A DNA stretch of 64,000 bases from an uncultured Muribaculaceae bacterium (GCA_902494515.1 CABUTS010000002.1:9912-73911); one strand, 5' to 3'; shown: positions 37,900 to 48,234, numbered from the stretch's first letter. The notes: generated from the letters alone by a model not told the origin. Translations and numbers: made by a program.

Positions 37900-39120
37900 T
37901 CAACTGAAATCGAGACTGCCGAGATTTTTTGCGAGATTTTCCATGTCATGACTGATTTTCTCGTTTGTGATACGGGCGTAGATCTGCGTCGTCTGGATAT
38001 TTGTGTGGCCGAGCATCTTGCTCACCGACTCAATCGGCACACCCTTTCCGAGCGTCATCGTCGTTGCGAATGTATGTCGCGCCAGATGAAAAGTGAGGTT
38101 CTTCTCGATGCCGCAGATGTCCGCAATCTCCTTGAGATAACAGTTTAGTTTTTGGTTCGTGATAATGGGCATGAGCTGACCGTCCAGATACTTGCCCTCG
38201 TACTTTTTCAGTATCTTGAGAGCCGGAGGGAGTAGCGGCACCGTCACCTTCGTGTCGGTCTTCTGACGGTGGGTCACTATCCACAGACGACCGTCGAACA
38301 TCTTCTGGATGTTATCTACACGGAGATTGGCGAGGTCGATGTATGCCAGCCCGGTGAAGCAGGCGAAGATGAAGATGTCGCGTACCTGTTCCAGACGCTT
38401 GGAAGCAAACTCCTTTTCCATCATCTTTTTCAGGTCGTCTTCCGTCAGGAAGCCACGGTCAACGCGCTGCACGGAGATTTTATAACCGTTGAAGGGGTCA
38501 ACGAAAATCAGCCCGGCGCGGATGGCTTTGTTGATGACCTGCTTGAAGAACTTCATGCACTTGTAGGTGGTATTCTGGCTGTAACCGTATTCCGTGCGCA
38601 GGAAGAACTCAAGATCCACGATGAACTGGTACTTGATTTCACGCAGGGGAATGTCGGTGATATTGTATTTCTTCTTCATGAACTCCACTACACGGCGGTA
38701 CATCCGCTCGTATTTCTGATAGGTGGGATTTGCCTTGCTGATACCTATGAGCTTCTTGGTATCTTCAAGGTGCTGAAGGTAGAGAGGTACCAGCGATTCC
38801 TCTTTGGCGGTGATGCCGGTAAAGGCGTTCTTCACCATTTCGGCTGTGACGTAGCCATGTCGGTTGAGGATGTCGTAGTAGTGTTCTTTGAGAACGACCC
38901 TCATGTCTTCGAGGCGCTTGTTGATTTCAAGGATTTTTGCAGAGCGTCCGATAGCCTTCATTGCCTTGACATCCCATAGTTCCGGTTCCACTGCTACGGT
39001 GGAGTTGATTCTCTCGTATTCTCCGTTCACGGCAATACGAATAGTTATCGGGCACTTGCCCTCCTTATTCTTATAGTTGCCACGGATATGGAAAAGAATC
39101 TTGAAAGTGTTCTTTTTCAT
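37900..39120 (-). CDS. int: tyrosine integrase (Bacteroidetes type with arm-binding domain)
   Basis: N-terminal arm-binding domain, CFTGLAYID, RQKT, HLARHTFAT, LGH, TQIYA. Confidence 0.95.
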   Translation of the reverse strand: MKKNTFKILFHIRGNYKNKEGKCPITIRIAVNGEYERINSTVAVEPELWDVKAMKAIGRSAKILEINKRLEDMRVVLKEHYYDILNRHGYVTAEMVKNAFTGITAKEESLVPLYLQHLEDTKKLIGISKANPTYQKYERMYRRVVEFMKKKYNITDIPLREIKYQFIVDLEFFLRTEYGYSQNTTYKCMKFFKQVINKAIRAGLIFVDPFNGYKISVQRVDRGFLTEDDLKKMMEKEFASKRLEQVRDIFIFACFTGLAYIDLANLRVDNIQKMFDGRLWIVTHRQKTDTKVTVPLLPPALKILKKYEGKYLDGQLMPIITNQKLNCYLKEIADICGIEKNLTFHLARHTFATTMTLGKGVPIESVSKMLGHTNIQTTQIYARITNEKISHDMENLAKNLGSLDFS

Positions 39121-39445
39121 TTTCGCTTTGGATTTAGTGTCATCATTATCCGCGTTATGCGGTTGGATGTAATGATAACGAGTTTGACATTATTTTCGAT
39201 TGGACGCTTGAAAGTCAAACTCACGTCATATAAGCGACTTACGCGATTTTTAACATGCACGACATACATCGGACGATGCTTTTCATGCACGAAAATCACG
39301 GAATTAGATTGCATTGTCAGACATCGTGTCGGACAGCCGTTTTAACACATCGGTTTTTGTAGGTTAAAATGTCGCCAATTTTCCGACTTACGTCTGAGTT
39401 ATGTCTTTGGATATATTTGAATACCAATTGGTTGCATCGTTTTCG

Positions 39446-39499
39446 GTCACATTTTTGTCACAATTTTCGTCACAAGAAAACTTGAAACGATTTAGTGAC
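39446..39499. repeat. candidate integrase arm-type binding sites
   Basis: GTCACA direct repeats at 39446, 39457 and 39469 plus inverted GTGAC at 39495, between int and the ssrA 3' end. Confidence 0.55.
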
Positions 39500-39567
39500 A
39501 AATAGCCGTCCGAGAAGGTCTTTTTTAGGTCTTATATCAGTCCTGAATCCGATAGGATTAGACACGA

Positions 39568-39598
39568 AAAAACCTCGGAACTATCTGATAGTCCGAGA
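39568..39598 (-). terminator. terminator downstream of tmRNA
   Basis: ctcggaactatc / gatagtccgag stem with an A tract on the + strand (U tract on minus). Confidence 0.6.
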
Positions 39599-39637
39599 TT
39601 TGTCTCGAATTTTCCGATTTAGTTCGGAAGTACATAG

Positions 39638-40035
39638 TGGAGATGGAGGGGGTTGAACCCTCGTCCAAACGCGGAACTAATGAGCTTTCTACATGCTTAG
39701 TCTTTTGTTGGTTTTCGTCGTGTGGCAGGCTAAAGACAGCCAACCGCACGCTTAGTTCCTGAAGTTTCGGGGGCTTTCCGGAACTGTCGGCCCCCTATTC
39801 CTTGTTTAGCTGCACCGCCTGGTCGATTAGTCCAAGGAAGATTGACAATCGGGCGATGTCTCGTCCCCGCAACTGTTGCGGGGATAAAGCTTAATTTACT
39901 GTGCTTCGATTAAGCAGCGAGAGCGTAGTTGTTTTCGCCATTTGAAATTTTGATGTCTCAGATTAAAGAGCGTGGGCATCGTTGCTCTGCATGCTTACTC
40001 ACCACCTCTACGCGCTGTCAAAACCAGTCATCCCC
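39638..40035 (-). ncRNA. ssrA: tmRNA
   Basis: 5' GGGGATGACTGGTTTTGAC, 3' GAGGGTTCAACCCCCTCCATCTCCA T-arm/acceptor, tag reading frame GENNYALAA* at 39910-39939. Confidence 0.97.
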
Positions 40036-40262
40036 GGAATTATTCAGCGAATGGCGCCTTGCGTTTCCCGCTTTTCAGCAGGATTCGGCGGTTCGATGAT
40101 GAATAGTATGCAAAGTTACGACTTTTCTTTGAAACAGCGATGTAACTGCTCACATATTTAGCAATATTTAACAGTCAAGCATAACAGGGGGAGCAAATTT
40201 CCCAGAGAGCAACGGCGTCACGTCTCTTTTTCAGAGCCTTCCGGGGGACAACGGCGTCACTT

Positions 40263-41102
40263 TTATTTCCGGAGCTGGGAGATGAGCCAGTCGGAGGCCA
40301 TGCGGGCGGCCTCGGCGGGATTCTGCGAGAAGCCGTGGTCTTCGCCGGGGAGGAGTTTCAAGGTGCTGTGGGGGTAGTCGTAGTGGTAGCGTTCGCCGTA
40401 GGTGTAAGGGACAACCCGGTCGTGGGTGCCGTGGAGAATGAGCACGGGTCCCTGATAGTTGCGGGCGGTCTCGTAGATCGGGAGGGTGACGGCCGACCGG
40501 ATATAATCGCGGCCCAGCTGCAGGCCGTTCCAGGGGATAACGACATAGTCGGCGGTCATGTTCCAGGGGTCATACATCGCGCCCATGGTGTTCCCCCGGA
40601 GGGCATCGTCGCGGAGTACGGCAGCCGGGGCCATCAGCACCACGTTGCTGATTATCGAGTCGCCGAGTTCGCCGGCTGTCATGCTGACCACTACCCCGCC
40701 CTGCGAGTGACCGAGCAGAGAAACCGAAGAGACCCAGGGTTGGCTCTGAGCCCACCTGACCACCTCCTTGAGGTCCTCGATTTCGTTCGGAACCGTCATG
40801 TTCCGGAACTCCCCTTCGCTCTTGCCGTGAGCGTTGAAGTCGAAGCGCAGCGAAGCTATTCCGCTGTCATAGAGGTCTTTGGCAATCTGCTTCAGCAGCG
40901 GGGAGTTGCAGTTGTCGGCAAAACCGTGGCAGAGAATCACCAGCGGCGCTGCGGCGGCAGTCTCAGCCGGGCGCTCGAGTTCGGCATGAAGTTTACCTAC
41001 AGCACCCTGAAGTTCCAGAGTTTCAACCTTTTGCGCCTGAAGGGCAGGGACCGTCATAACCAGCGCGGCCATTATTCCAAATACCTTTTTCATAAGTTTC
41101 AT
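40263..41102 (-). CDS. exported alpha/beta hydrolase (feruloyl/cinnamoyl esterase-like)
   Basis: CHGF, RFDFNAHGKSEG, GHSQGG, HGTHD, DHGF; signal peptide. Confidence 0.85.
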   Translation of the reverse strand: MKLMKKVFGIMAALVMTVPALQAQKVETLELQGAVGKLHAELERPAETAAAAPLVILCHGFADNCNSPLLKQIAKDLYDSGIASLRFDFNAHGKSEGEFRNMTVPNEIEDLKEVVRWAQSQPWVSSVSLLGHSQGGVVVSMTAGELGDSIISNVVLMAPAAVLRDDALRGNTMGAMYDPWNMTADYVVIPWNGLQLGRDYIRSAVTLPIYETARNYQGPVLILHGTHDRVVPYTYGERYHYDYPHSTLKLLPGEDHGFSQNPAEAARMASDWLISQLRK

Positions 41103-41160
41103 TTTCAAAATATCTGATTTAAGATTTGATCCGTAAGTTCTGTATACCCATGTCCGTTCC

Positions 41161-42141
41161 CTACGATGCCTCCGGGGTTTCCTCGGCAATCCAGTTGTAG
41201 ACGATGGATGAGATATCGCCGATTATTTGCTCCGTAACCTCCTGAGAATAAGCCGAATCGGCAATGAAGACCGCTATGGCATAGCCGCGGCCGTCGGGCA
41301 GCGAGATGTAGCCCGCGTCATTGACGCCGATAATGCGCCCCTGCGAGTTGCGGTCGCCCGTGCCGGTTTTGTGGGCAATCCGGGCCTCGGTCTGAACCAG
41401 CGGTGCCGGCAGACGGTTTATCCCGGTTTCGCAGTCGAATGACAGTTGGGAAATCGTTCGTATAACGGAGCGCCAGCACTCATTTTCAGTCTTGCTGGCC
41501 GGGCCGCCCCAAATTTTATTGCCGCGGAAAAAGGCATCGAAAAGCCGGGCCATGCCGACTGGCGTCGAGCGGTTCTGATAGCTGAGATAAATGTCGTCGT
41601 GCATCTCCTTTTCAGTCGAACCGACGACGATTTCAGGGAACCCCTCGGCCTTCATCACGCTGTCAGCCACCGCCGGGCCGCCGATAAGGCGGAACAGGAT
41701 GTCGCAGGCGTTGTTGTCGCTCTGCTGAAGGGAAAAGGCTAACAGTTCGGACAACGGTAGCCGCAGGTCGCGGACACCGTATTTCTCCCGCATCGGGCTC
41801 CAGGTGTCGGGGAGGATTTCGGCGGCACTGATGTCGATTCCGCTGTCGGCAGTCATACCGTTTTTCCGGCAAAAATCAGCCACGGCGATGGCCTGCGGAA
41901 ACTTGTAGACACTCAGCATCGGGAAATCGCGACCGCCGTTGACCGCAACCGTGTCCTTGCCGTCGAGAATCACGGCGATGCCAATCCGGGCGTCCTTCCC
42001 CTCGATGTATTTGTTGAGCGAATCTTCCAGAGGAGCCAGCCGCCCGGACTGAGCGCCCTGCTCCCGGCTTCTGCCCGGACGACAGCCCGCAGCAAACACT
42101 GCCATGAGCAGCGGCAGCAAGATATATACAGCCTTTTTCAT
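41161..42141 (-). CDS. class A beta-lactamase (subclass A2-like), lipoprotein signal
   Basis: SVYK (SxxK), SDN, omega-loop Glu (TEKEMH), KTG; lipobox AAGC. Confidence 0.9.
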   Translation of the reverse strand: MKKAVYILLPLLMAVFAAGCRPGRSREQGAQSGRLAPLEDSLNKYIEGKDARIGIAVILDGKDTVAVNGGRDFPMLSVYKFPQAIAVADFCRKNGMTADSGIDISAAEILPDTWSPMREKYGVRDLRLPLSELLAFSLQQSDNNACDILFRLIGGPAVADSVMKAEGFPEIVVGSTEKEMHDDIYLSYQNRSTPVGMARLFDAFFRGNKIWGGPASKTENECWRSVIRTISQLSFDCETGINRLPAPLVQTEARIAHKTGTGDRNSQGRIIGVNDAGYISLPDGRGYAIAVFIADSAYSQEVTEQIIGDISSIVYNWIAEETPEAS

Positions 42142-43286
42142 TTCACTTTCTGCGTTCGGTTATAAAGGACGAACAGGGCGATGGTTCCGACAATCGCGAA
42201 CGGCACTCCGACCAGCGCCGGCGAAGCCAGCCCGAAACCGTGATGGATGGCGGCGCCGCCAAGAGCGGCAGCCACGGCGTTCGACACATTGAAGGAAATC
42301 TGGATTCCGGCACCGCCGAGCATCTCGCCACCTTTGGCGTACCCCACAATAATATATTGCAGCGGTCCACCCAGACCGAAAAGCAGTGCCGGAGCCACGA
42401 ACGCAAGCACCAGCGAGGGAATCCTGAACGGTGCCAGGAAGTAAACCAACGGCATCACAACCACAATCAGCAGGGCTATGATCGCGCAGACCAGCGAGGG
42501 CTGAAAGCGATCGGCCAATTTCCCGGCGGCCCAGTTACCGACCACCATGCCGGCCCCTACAAGTATCATTATCAGCGACATGGCATCGAGCGGAAAGCCC
42601 GTCACACGGGTCATGATCGGGGAAATATAGCTCAGCCAGCAATACACACCGGCCTGTCCGAAGAACACACCGGCGTAGATCAGCCACGGTTCAATGTGCC
42701 GGAGGAAGCGGAACTGCCCCTTCAGCCCCGTGTCGGGTATGGGCTGCATAACAGGAGTCCAGCGGTGGATGGCGAAGAATGTCAGCATGCCGACACACGC
42801 CACAAGCGCGAAGGGCACCCGCCACGAAACCATGTTGCAGAGGAAGGTGAACACAGGCACACCCACGAGGTTGGCAACCGTCATTCCTCCGACCAAAATC
42901 GCTACCGCCGAGGCTCCTTTTCCGGCATCGGCAAGGCGCGCACAGACGATGGCCCCGGCGCCGAAAAACGCCCCGTGGGGAAGTCCGGCGATGAAGCGCG
43001 ACCCTAACAGACACCAGTAATTCGGCGAAACAGCGACCAGCGCGTTGCCGATTGCGATAATGGCCGCCAGCAGTAGCATCAGCCGCCGAAGCGGCAGTTT
43101 GCGAAGGAAAATCAAGCCGGGCGCACCGACGGCTACCCCGGCGGAATAAGCGGAAATCAGGTGTCCGGCCTGGTCGACGCTGATGCGGAGGTCGGCGGCA
43201 ATCTCGCTGAGGATACCCATCATGCCGAACTCCACTATGCCCAGCGCAAAAGTGCCGAACGCCAGTGAAAGCAAAGATTTTTTCAT
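42138..43286 (-). CDS. MFS transporter (AraJ/DHA1-like)
   Basis: EFGMMGIL, AGHLISAY, RFIAGLPHGAFFG, about 12 TM segments. Confidence 0.88.
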   Translation of the reverse strand: MKKSLLSLAFGTFALGIVEFGMMGILSEIAADLRISVDQAGHLISAYSAGVAVGAPGLIFLRKLPLRRLMLLLAAIIAIGNALVAVSPNYWCLLGSRFIAGLPHGAFFGAGAIVCARLADAGKGASAVAILVGGMTVANLVGVPVFTFLCNMVSWRVPFALVACVGMLTFFAIHRWTPVMQPIPDTGLKGQFRFLRHIEPWLIYAGVFFGQAGVYCWLSYISPIMTRVTGFPLDAMSLIMILVGAGMVVGNWAAGKLADRFQPSLVCAIIALLIVVVMPLVYFLAPFRIPSLVLAFVAPALLFGLGGPLQYIIVGYAKGGEMLGGAGIQISFNVSNAVAAALGGAAIHHGFGLASPALVGVPFAIVGTIALFVLYNRTQKVK

Positions 43287-43295
43287 TTTGAATTA

Positions 43296-43362
43296 TGTCG
43301 GTTCGTTACGATTGAATCTGTCGGTTCGTTACGAAATACTGAAATCTGTCGGTTCGTTACGA
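43296..43362. repeat. three direct repeats TGTCGGTTCGTTACGA upstream of the MFS gene
   Basis: Exact 16-mers at 43296, 43319 and 43347. Confidence 0.9.
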
Positions 43363-43468
43363 AACATTCTCCGTATCCCCCGCAGCCTCAGGTTATTATA
43401 ACATGAGCAACCTGGTTCGCTGGGATTTACCCTTCGAACCAGGTGCGGGAATCAGATATAATCGTGTT

Positions 43469-44287
43469 TTACATTGCCAGGACGTTGAAGCCGCCGTCGA
43501 CAACAGCCACAGTGCCGGTGACGAACTTCGAAGCGTCGCTCATCAGATAGTGGATTGTGCCGCAGAGTTCCTCGGGTTTGCCCATACGGCTGAAGGGGGT
43601 CTGACGGATTACATCAAGTCCGCGCTGGGTCCAGCTGCCGTCGGGGTTGGTCAGCAGTGTGCGGTTCTGCTCGGTCAGGAAGAAACCGGGGGCGATGGCG
43701 TTCACGCGGATCCCTTCGCCAAACTTGCGGGCACACTCAGTGGCCATGAAGGCGGTGAAGTTCGAGATGCCGGCCTTAGCGGCGGCGTAACCGCATACAC
43801 GGGTCATCGGACGGAAGGCTGCCATCGAGGAGAAATTGATGATTGCGCCCTTTCCCTGGGCCACCATAGGCTTGAGGAACACCTGAGTGGGGATTACGGT
43901 ACCCATCAGGTTGAGGTTCAGCACCTTCTCGAACTGAGCGGGGTCGAGGTCGAAGAATGTCTTGTCGGGGGGAATGGTGGCGCCGGGCATATTGCCGCCG
44001 GCAGCGTTCAGCAGAGTGTCGACGCGGCCGTATTTTGCCACGATTTCGTCGCAGTTGGCCTTGACGACGGCCTCGTCCATGACATCGGTTTTCAGGAATT
44101 CGATGGAACCGGCGGGATTCAGGGCGTTGACCTCCTCAACGATTTTCTCGCCGACCTCAGCCTTGCGGCCCATGATGATGACCTTAGCGCCGTTGAGCGC
44201 CAGATATTTGGCAATTTCGCGGCCGAGGATGCCGGTACCTCCGGTGATGACGGTGACGTTGCCCTTGATATCGAAAAGATTTTCCAT
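43469..44287 (-). CDS. uxuB: D-mannonate oxidoreductase (SDR family)
   Basis: TGGTGILG, NAAGGN, YAAAK, APGFFLTEQNR; directly downstream of uxuA. Confidence 0.85.
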   Translation of the reverse strand: MENLFDIKGNVTVITGGTGILGREIAKYLALNGAKVIIMGRKAEVGEKIVEEVNALNPAGSIEFLKTDVMDEAVVKANCDEIVAKYGRVDTLLNAAGGNMPGATIPPDKTFFDLDPAQFEKVLNLNLMGTVIPTQVFLKPMVAQGKGAIINFSSMAAFRPMTRVCGYAAAKAGISNFTAFMATECARKFGEGIRVNAIAPGFFLTEQNRTLLTNPDGSWTQRGLDVIRQTPFSRMGKPEELCGTIHYLMSDASKFVTGTVAVVDGGFNVLAM

Positions 44288-44336
44288 TATGATTTGCTGT
44301 TCTGTAATATCTTGCGGAAGCTGCGGAGCTTCCGGT

Positions 44337-45500
44337 TTATTTTTCGGTTTTGATTGTTGCCATGATGCCGCTGACCATTCCGAGAGCCAGCATGCGGCCG
44401 TGGAACGAATACCCGGCGTTGTAGCCCATCTTGTCATCGCCGAGCATGAGCGGAGCATGGTCGACGCGCATCGGAACGTCGGGACGCTCGGCCTCGAACG
44501 TGCGGATTACGTCGATCAACCGCGGGTCGAGGTGACTGGATTCCTTGAAATCGCCGTTGGGGAGGACATTGCAAATGCGGGTGTGAACGAAATGGGTGTG
44601 TTTGGCGTATTTCCGGGCCAGCGCGGGAACATCGTTGTGGGCTCCGGCGCTCAGCGAACCGGCGCAGAAAGTCAGCCCGTTGTGGGGGTTCGGCACAGCG
44701 TTGAGGAACGCCTCGATGTCGGCATCGCAGGTTACGATGCGGGGGAGTCCGAGAATCGGCATCGGGGGATCATCGGGGTGTACACACATGTTGATGTCGT
44801 ATTCGTCGCAGACGGGCATGATCGCCTCGAGGAAATAGGCCATGTTGGCGCGGAGCTGGTCGGCGTCGATTCCGTCGTAGAGAGCGAGCAGCTCGCGGAA
44901 CTTTTCCACCGGTTTCAGGTCGTTTTCCGAGATGTTGCCGTTGACGAAGCCCTGGGTCTTGACGATGATATTGTCGACGAGTTTATGACGGCCAGCCTCG
45001 TCCATGCGGGGGGCGACCTCCTCCTCCATGCGGCGCAGCGTAGCGGCGTCGTAGTCCTCGCGGGCGTTCGGGCGTTTCAGGATATTGATGTCGAAGTATG
45101 CAAACTCGGCGCGGTTGAAGTATAGGTTCGATGTGCCGTCGGGGTTCGGATACTCCAGCTCCGTGCGGGCCCAGTCGAGCACCGGCATGAAGTTGTAGCA
45201 GATGGTCTTAACCCCGGCCTTTCCGAGATTTGCCAGACTAACCTTGTATTTTTCGATGAGCTCGTCGCGGTCGGGGCCACCGTATTTGATTGACTCGCTG
45301 ACAGGGAGACTTTCGACCACGCTCCAGCGCAGCCCGTGCTCCTCGATGAAATTCTTCATCTTCATCACCTCCTCGAGCGACCATACCTCCCCGTTGGGGA
45401 TATGATGGAGAGCGGTGACAATACCCTGCACGCCAATCTGGCGGAGCATCTCGAGTGTTATCTTATCGTTGGGACCAAACCAACGCCAAGTCTTTTCCAT
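44337..45500 (-). CDS. uxuA: mannonate dehydratase
   Basis: TWRWFG, VVESLPV, CYNFMPVLDW, HPDDPP, RVDH. Confidence 0.95.
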   Translation of the reverse strand: MEKTWRWFGPNDKITLEMLRQIGVQGIVTALHHIPNGEVWSLEEVMKMKNFIEEHGLRWSVVESLPVSESIKYGGPDRDELIEKYKVSLANLGKAGVKTICYNFMPVLDWARTELEYPNPDGTSNLYFNRAEFAYFDINILKRPNAREDYDAATLRRMEEEVAPRMDEAGRHKLVDNIIVKTQGFVNGNISENDLKPVEKFRELLALYDGIDADQLRANMAYFLEAIMPVCDEYDINMCVHPDDPPMPILGLPRIVTCDADIEAFLNAVPNPHNGLTFCAGSLSAGAHNDVPALARKYAKHTHFVHTRICNVLPNGDFKESSHLDPRLIDVIRTFEAERPDVPMRVDHAPLMLGDDKMGYNAGYSFHGRMLALGMVSGIMATIKTEK

Positions 45501-45803
45501 GTAATCGTGTTTTAGTTGAAACTGTGATCCCGCGTTGAATTTTCAGGATTTTATTACCCTGCAAATTTACAACTATTTTCGGAATTACCACATATATAAA
45601 CGTCGCAAAAACATTCGCCACACGCCCACAGGCCGTTTCCACTTCCAAATTTGCCATTTTTTCCACTTATAAACGCCGGGATTCCTACGCTCAATTAAAA
45701 ATTTGTCGTAACTTTGCACTCAAAGTCTATCAACCCTATTCTCTCCCCTCCCCTAATCACCGTCTGGATGATATGATTCAGCGGCTATCCTGTAAATCAA
45801 AAC

Positions 45804-46700
45804 ATGAAAGATATGAAAAAATTTGTGATTGCCCTGCTGGTGGCTGTGATTGCCTGCGCCGGCGCCAAAGCTGAGGAATGGGAAAAGCAGTTCGTGATCA
45901 ACGACTCGATTTATAGTGCCAAGCTCGGGGTTTTCAGGGATTACACCGTGGTGCTCCCCGCTTCGTATTACACTCAGACAGATAAGACATACCCGGTGCT
46001 GTACCTGCTGCACGGCATGTACGACGACAACCATTCCTGGGAAAAGAAAGGATTGGTCCGCGCCGTGGCCCATAATCTGGCACGCTCCGGCGAAGCTCGC
46101 GAAATGATTATCGTCACACCCAACGCGGGCGGTCATGACCCCAAAGTCCAGCAGAACGGATATTTCAACATTCCCGGATGGCCCTACGAGGACTTCTTCT
46201 TCGAGGAACTGATTCCGGCAATCGAGCATAAATTCCGCGCCCGCAAGGGGCGGGAGAACCGCGCAATCAGCGGTCTTTCGATGGGTGGCGGAGGATGCAC
46301 CTCCTACGCCCAACGTCACCCCGATATGTTCTCGGCGGCCTACGCAATGAGTGCCCTGATGGATGCGGAGATGCCTGCCCCTGCTAAAACCAAGCCCGGC
46401 GACAAGGTGGCTATGCTCATGACTTCCGTCGCCGAAAACTCTTGCATCAACTACGTCAAGAACGCCGACGACGCCACCAAGGATGCCCTCCGCACGGTTG
46501 CATGGTTCGTGGACTGCGGCGACGACGATTTCCTGTTCGACCAGAACATTACATTCTATCAGGCGATGCGCGAAGCCAGGATTCCATGCCAATTGCGTGT
46601 CCGCGACGGCATGCACGAATGGATTTACTGGAACACCGCCCTCTACACCGCCCTCCCCTTCGTTTCCCGCCACTTCGCTCCGGAAGTCCCTGCCAAATAA
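45804..46700 (+). CDS. exported esterase (CE1-like)
   Basis: YPVLYLLHG, GLSMGG, DCGDDDF, GMHEW. Confidence 0.88.
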   Translation: MKDMKKFVIALLVAVIACAGAKAEEWEKQFVINDSIYSAKLGVFRDYTVVLPASYYTQTDKTYPVLYLLHGMYDDNHSWEKKGLVRAVAHNLARSGEAREMIIVTPNAGGHDPKVQQNGYFNIPGWPYEDFFFEELIPAIEHKFRARKGRENRAISGLSMGGGGCTSYAQRHPDMFSAAYAMSALMDAEMPAPAKTKPGDKVAMLMTSVAENSCINYVKNADDATKDALRTVAWFVDCGDDDFLFDQNITFYQAMREARIPCQLRVRDGMHEWIYWNTALYTALPFVSRHFAPEVPAK

Positions 46701-46711
46701 AATACGGTTCC

Positions 46712-47482
46712 ATGGAAAAGATAACCGCCGAAGAGGTCAGAGAGGCTCTGTTCGACTTGAAAGATGAGGCACAGGCTCAGATTCTGCGCCGATTTTTCAA
46801 GACCGGCAAGGGGGAGTACGGCGAGGGGGACCGCTTCCTCGGTCTCAAGAATCCGCAGGTCCGGGCGGTGGTCCGGGAAGCCCGGCTCCGTGTGCCGCTC
46901 GATGAAATAGAAAGACTCGTAAATGATGAATGGCATGAGGCGCGCCTCAGCGGGTTTCTTTTATTAGTGGAGGAAATGCACGCCGCGCTTCCGAAGCGCA
47001 AGGACAGCGTTGCCGAACTGCGCCGCAAAGCCCTGCGCCGCACCGAAATCGCGGAATTTTACCTCCGCCATGCACGTCGAGCCAACAACTGGGACCTTGT
47101 CGACCTCTCCTGCCCCAAGATTCTTGGGGAATGGCTGTTGAATCCGCTGCCCGACGGTGCCTTGCCCGACCCCTCGGTGCTCGACCGCCTTGCCGCAAGC
47201 GACAATCTCTGGGAACAGCGTATCGGAATCGTCACCACCTGGCGCCTGATTCGCGCCGACCGTTTCGATGAAGCCCTCCGCCTGTCTGAGAAACTGCTCC
47301 CCCATCCCCACGACCTCATCCACAAAGCTGTCGGCTGGATGCTCCGCGAAGTAGGCAAGCGCGACCTTAACATCCTGCTCGATTTCCTCGAAGCGCACCA
47401 CGGGACCATGTCGCGCACAACCCTCCGCTACGCTATCGAGAAACTCCCCGAGCCCCAGCGCCTCTCCTGGCTCCGCCGGTAA
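46712..47482 (+). CDS. DNA alkylation repair protein (AlkD-like)
   Basis: FFKTGKGEYGEGDRFLG, NNWDLVD, HKAVGWMLRE, RTTLRYAIE. Confidence 0.88.
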   Translation: MEKITAEEVREALFDLKDEAQAQILRRFFKTGKGEYGEGDRFLGLKNPQVRAVVREARLRVPLDEIERLVNDEWHEARLSGFLLLVEEMHAALPKRKDSVAELRRKALRRTEIAEFYLRHARRANNWDLVDLSCPKILGEWLLNPLPDGALPDPSVLDRLAASDNLWEQRIGIVTTWRLIRADRFDEALRLSEKLLPHPHDLIHKAVGWMLREVGKRDLNILLDFLEAHHGTMSRTTLRYAIEKLPEPQRLSWLRR

Positions 47483-47533
47483 CGGGGAATGGCTTCAGAG
47501 AATCAGCTGGCAGGTAACCCGAGGGAGATCGGT

Positions 47534-48019
47534 TCAGAGAATCAGCTGATAGAAGACATCGTCGAGGAAGCGGCCGAACTTAAAGCCGGAATCCTTGACA
47601 ACGCCGACAACACGGAAACCGAGCTTATCGTGCATCCGTTCGCATGGGATATTGCCGCCGGTGACAGCGGAGACCACGCTGTGGAAGCCCGCGGCGCGGC
47701 ATTGGTCGATAACCATCTGCAACATCCTGGTGCCTAAGCCTTTGCTCAGGGATTCGTGGTCGAGATATTCGGTGAGTTCGAGGGTGAAACGGTAGACGTA
47801 GTCGGGCTGCCAGGGATGGGCATAGCAGTAGCCCAGTAGGCGGCCATCCTCCTCGGCGACCAAAAAGGGGAAATGCCCGGCTACCGGCGCGAGCTTGCGT
47901 TTCATCTCCTCCTCCGAAAGCTCATGTTCCGAGAAGATTACGTCGCTGGTGCGGACGTAGAAATTGAAAATTCTTGCGATTTCGGCGGCGTCATCGAGCC
48001 GCCCGTTTCTTATTTCCAT
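47534..48019 (-). CDS. GNAT acetyltransferase (phosphinothricin acetyltransferase-like)
   Basis: FLVAEEDG..GYCYA, KGLGT, GFKFGRFLD. Confidence 0.85.
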   Translation of the reverse strand: MEIRNGRLDDAAEIARIFNFYVRTSDVIFSEHELSEEEMKRKLAPVAGHFPFLVAEEDGRLLGYCYAHPWQPDYVYRFTLELTEYLDHESLSKGLGTRMLQMVIDQCRAAGFHSVVSAVTGGNIPCERMHDKLGFRVVGVVKDSGFKFGRFLDDVFYQLIL

Positions 48020-48126
48020 GACCGGATTGCTTATTGGAAACCATTCTAACATTATCGAACGGCAATTTTCTCCACAAAATTACGAAAAAATCGCGAGATT
48101 TCATTTATATTTGCAGTACAAAAGAG

Positions 48127-48234
48127 TGGCACTCTACCTCGGTATGGCACCCAAAATGGCACTCTGCCCCAATTTGGCACTCAAAATGGCACTCAAAATG
48201 GCACTCAAAATGGCACTCAAAATGGCACTCAAAA
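48127..48234. repeat. 12-bp tandem repeat TGGCACTCAAAA (5 exact + 3 degenerate) in the crcB leader
   Basis: Exact units at 48175, 48187, 48199, 48211 and 48223; degenerate units at 48127, 48145 and 48157. Confidence 0.95.

Larger units (their letters stand above)
1..39636. mobile_element. CTnDOT-like integrative conjugative element integrated at the 3' end of ssrA; the other end lies beyond the left edge of the window
   Basis: Tyrosine integrase directly downstream of the tmRNA 3' end. Gene order int-xis-xis-DUF3945-exc-DUF1896-methylase/helicase-[cargo]-rteB-rteC-mobC-mobB-mobA matches the CTnDOT backbone. Visibly lower GC than the DNA beyond 40 kb. The exact att boundary cannot be fixed without the other end. 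Confidence 0.9.

Noticed and set aside
38335..38362. Integrase appears to lack the first catalytic Arg (TGLAY)
   Set aside because: This substitution is common in active Bacteroidetes integrases, so it is not evidence of inactivation
39558..39749. 63-aa ORF
   Set aside because: Overlaps the tmRNA 3' domain
43296..43362. Mini-CRISPR
   Set aside because: Repeats are 16 bp with 7-12 bp spacers, which is too short; no cas genes
47494..47548. TTCAGAGAATCAGCTG duplication (also CAACGGCGTCAC twice near 40210-40260 and TAGTCCGCGCCT near 48628-48655)
   Set aside because: Small local duplications at gene ends with no evident function
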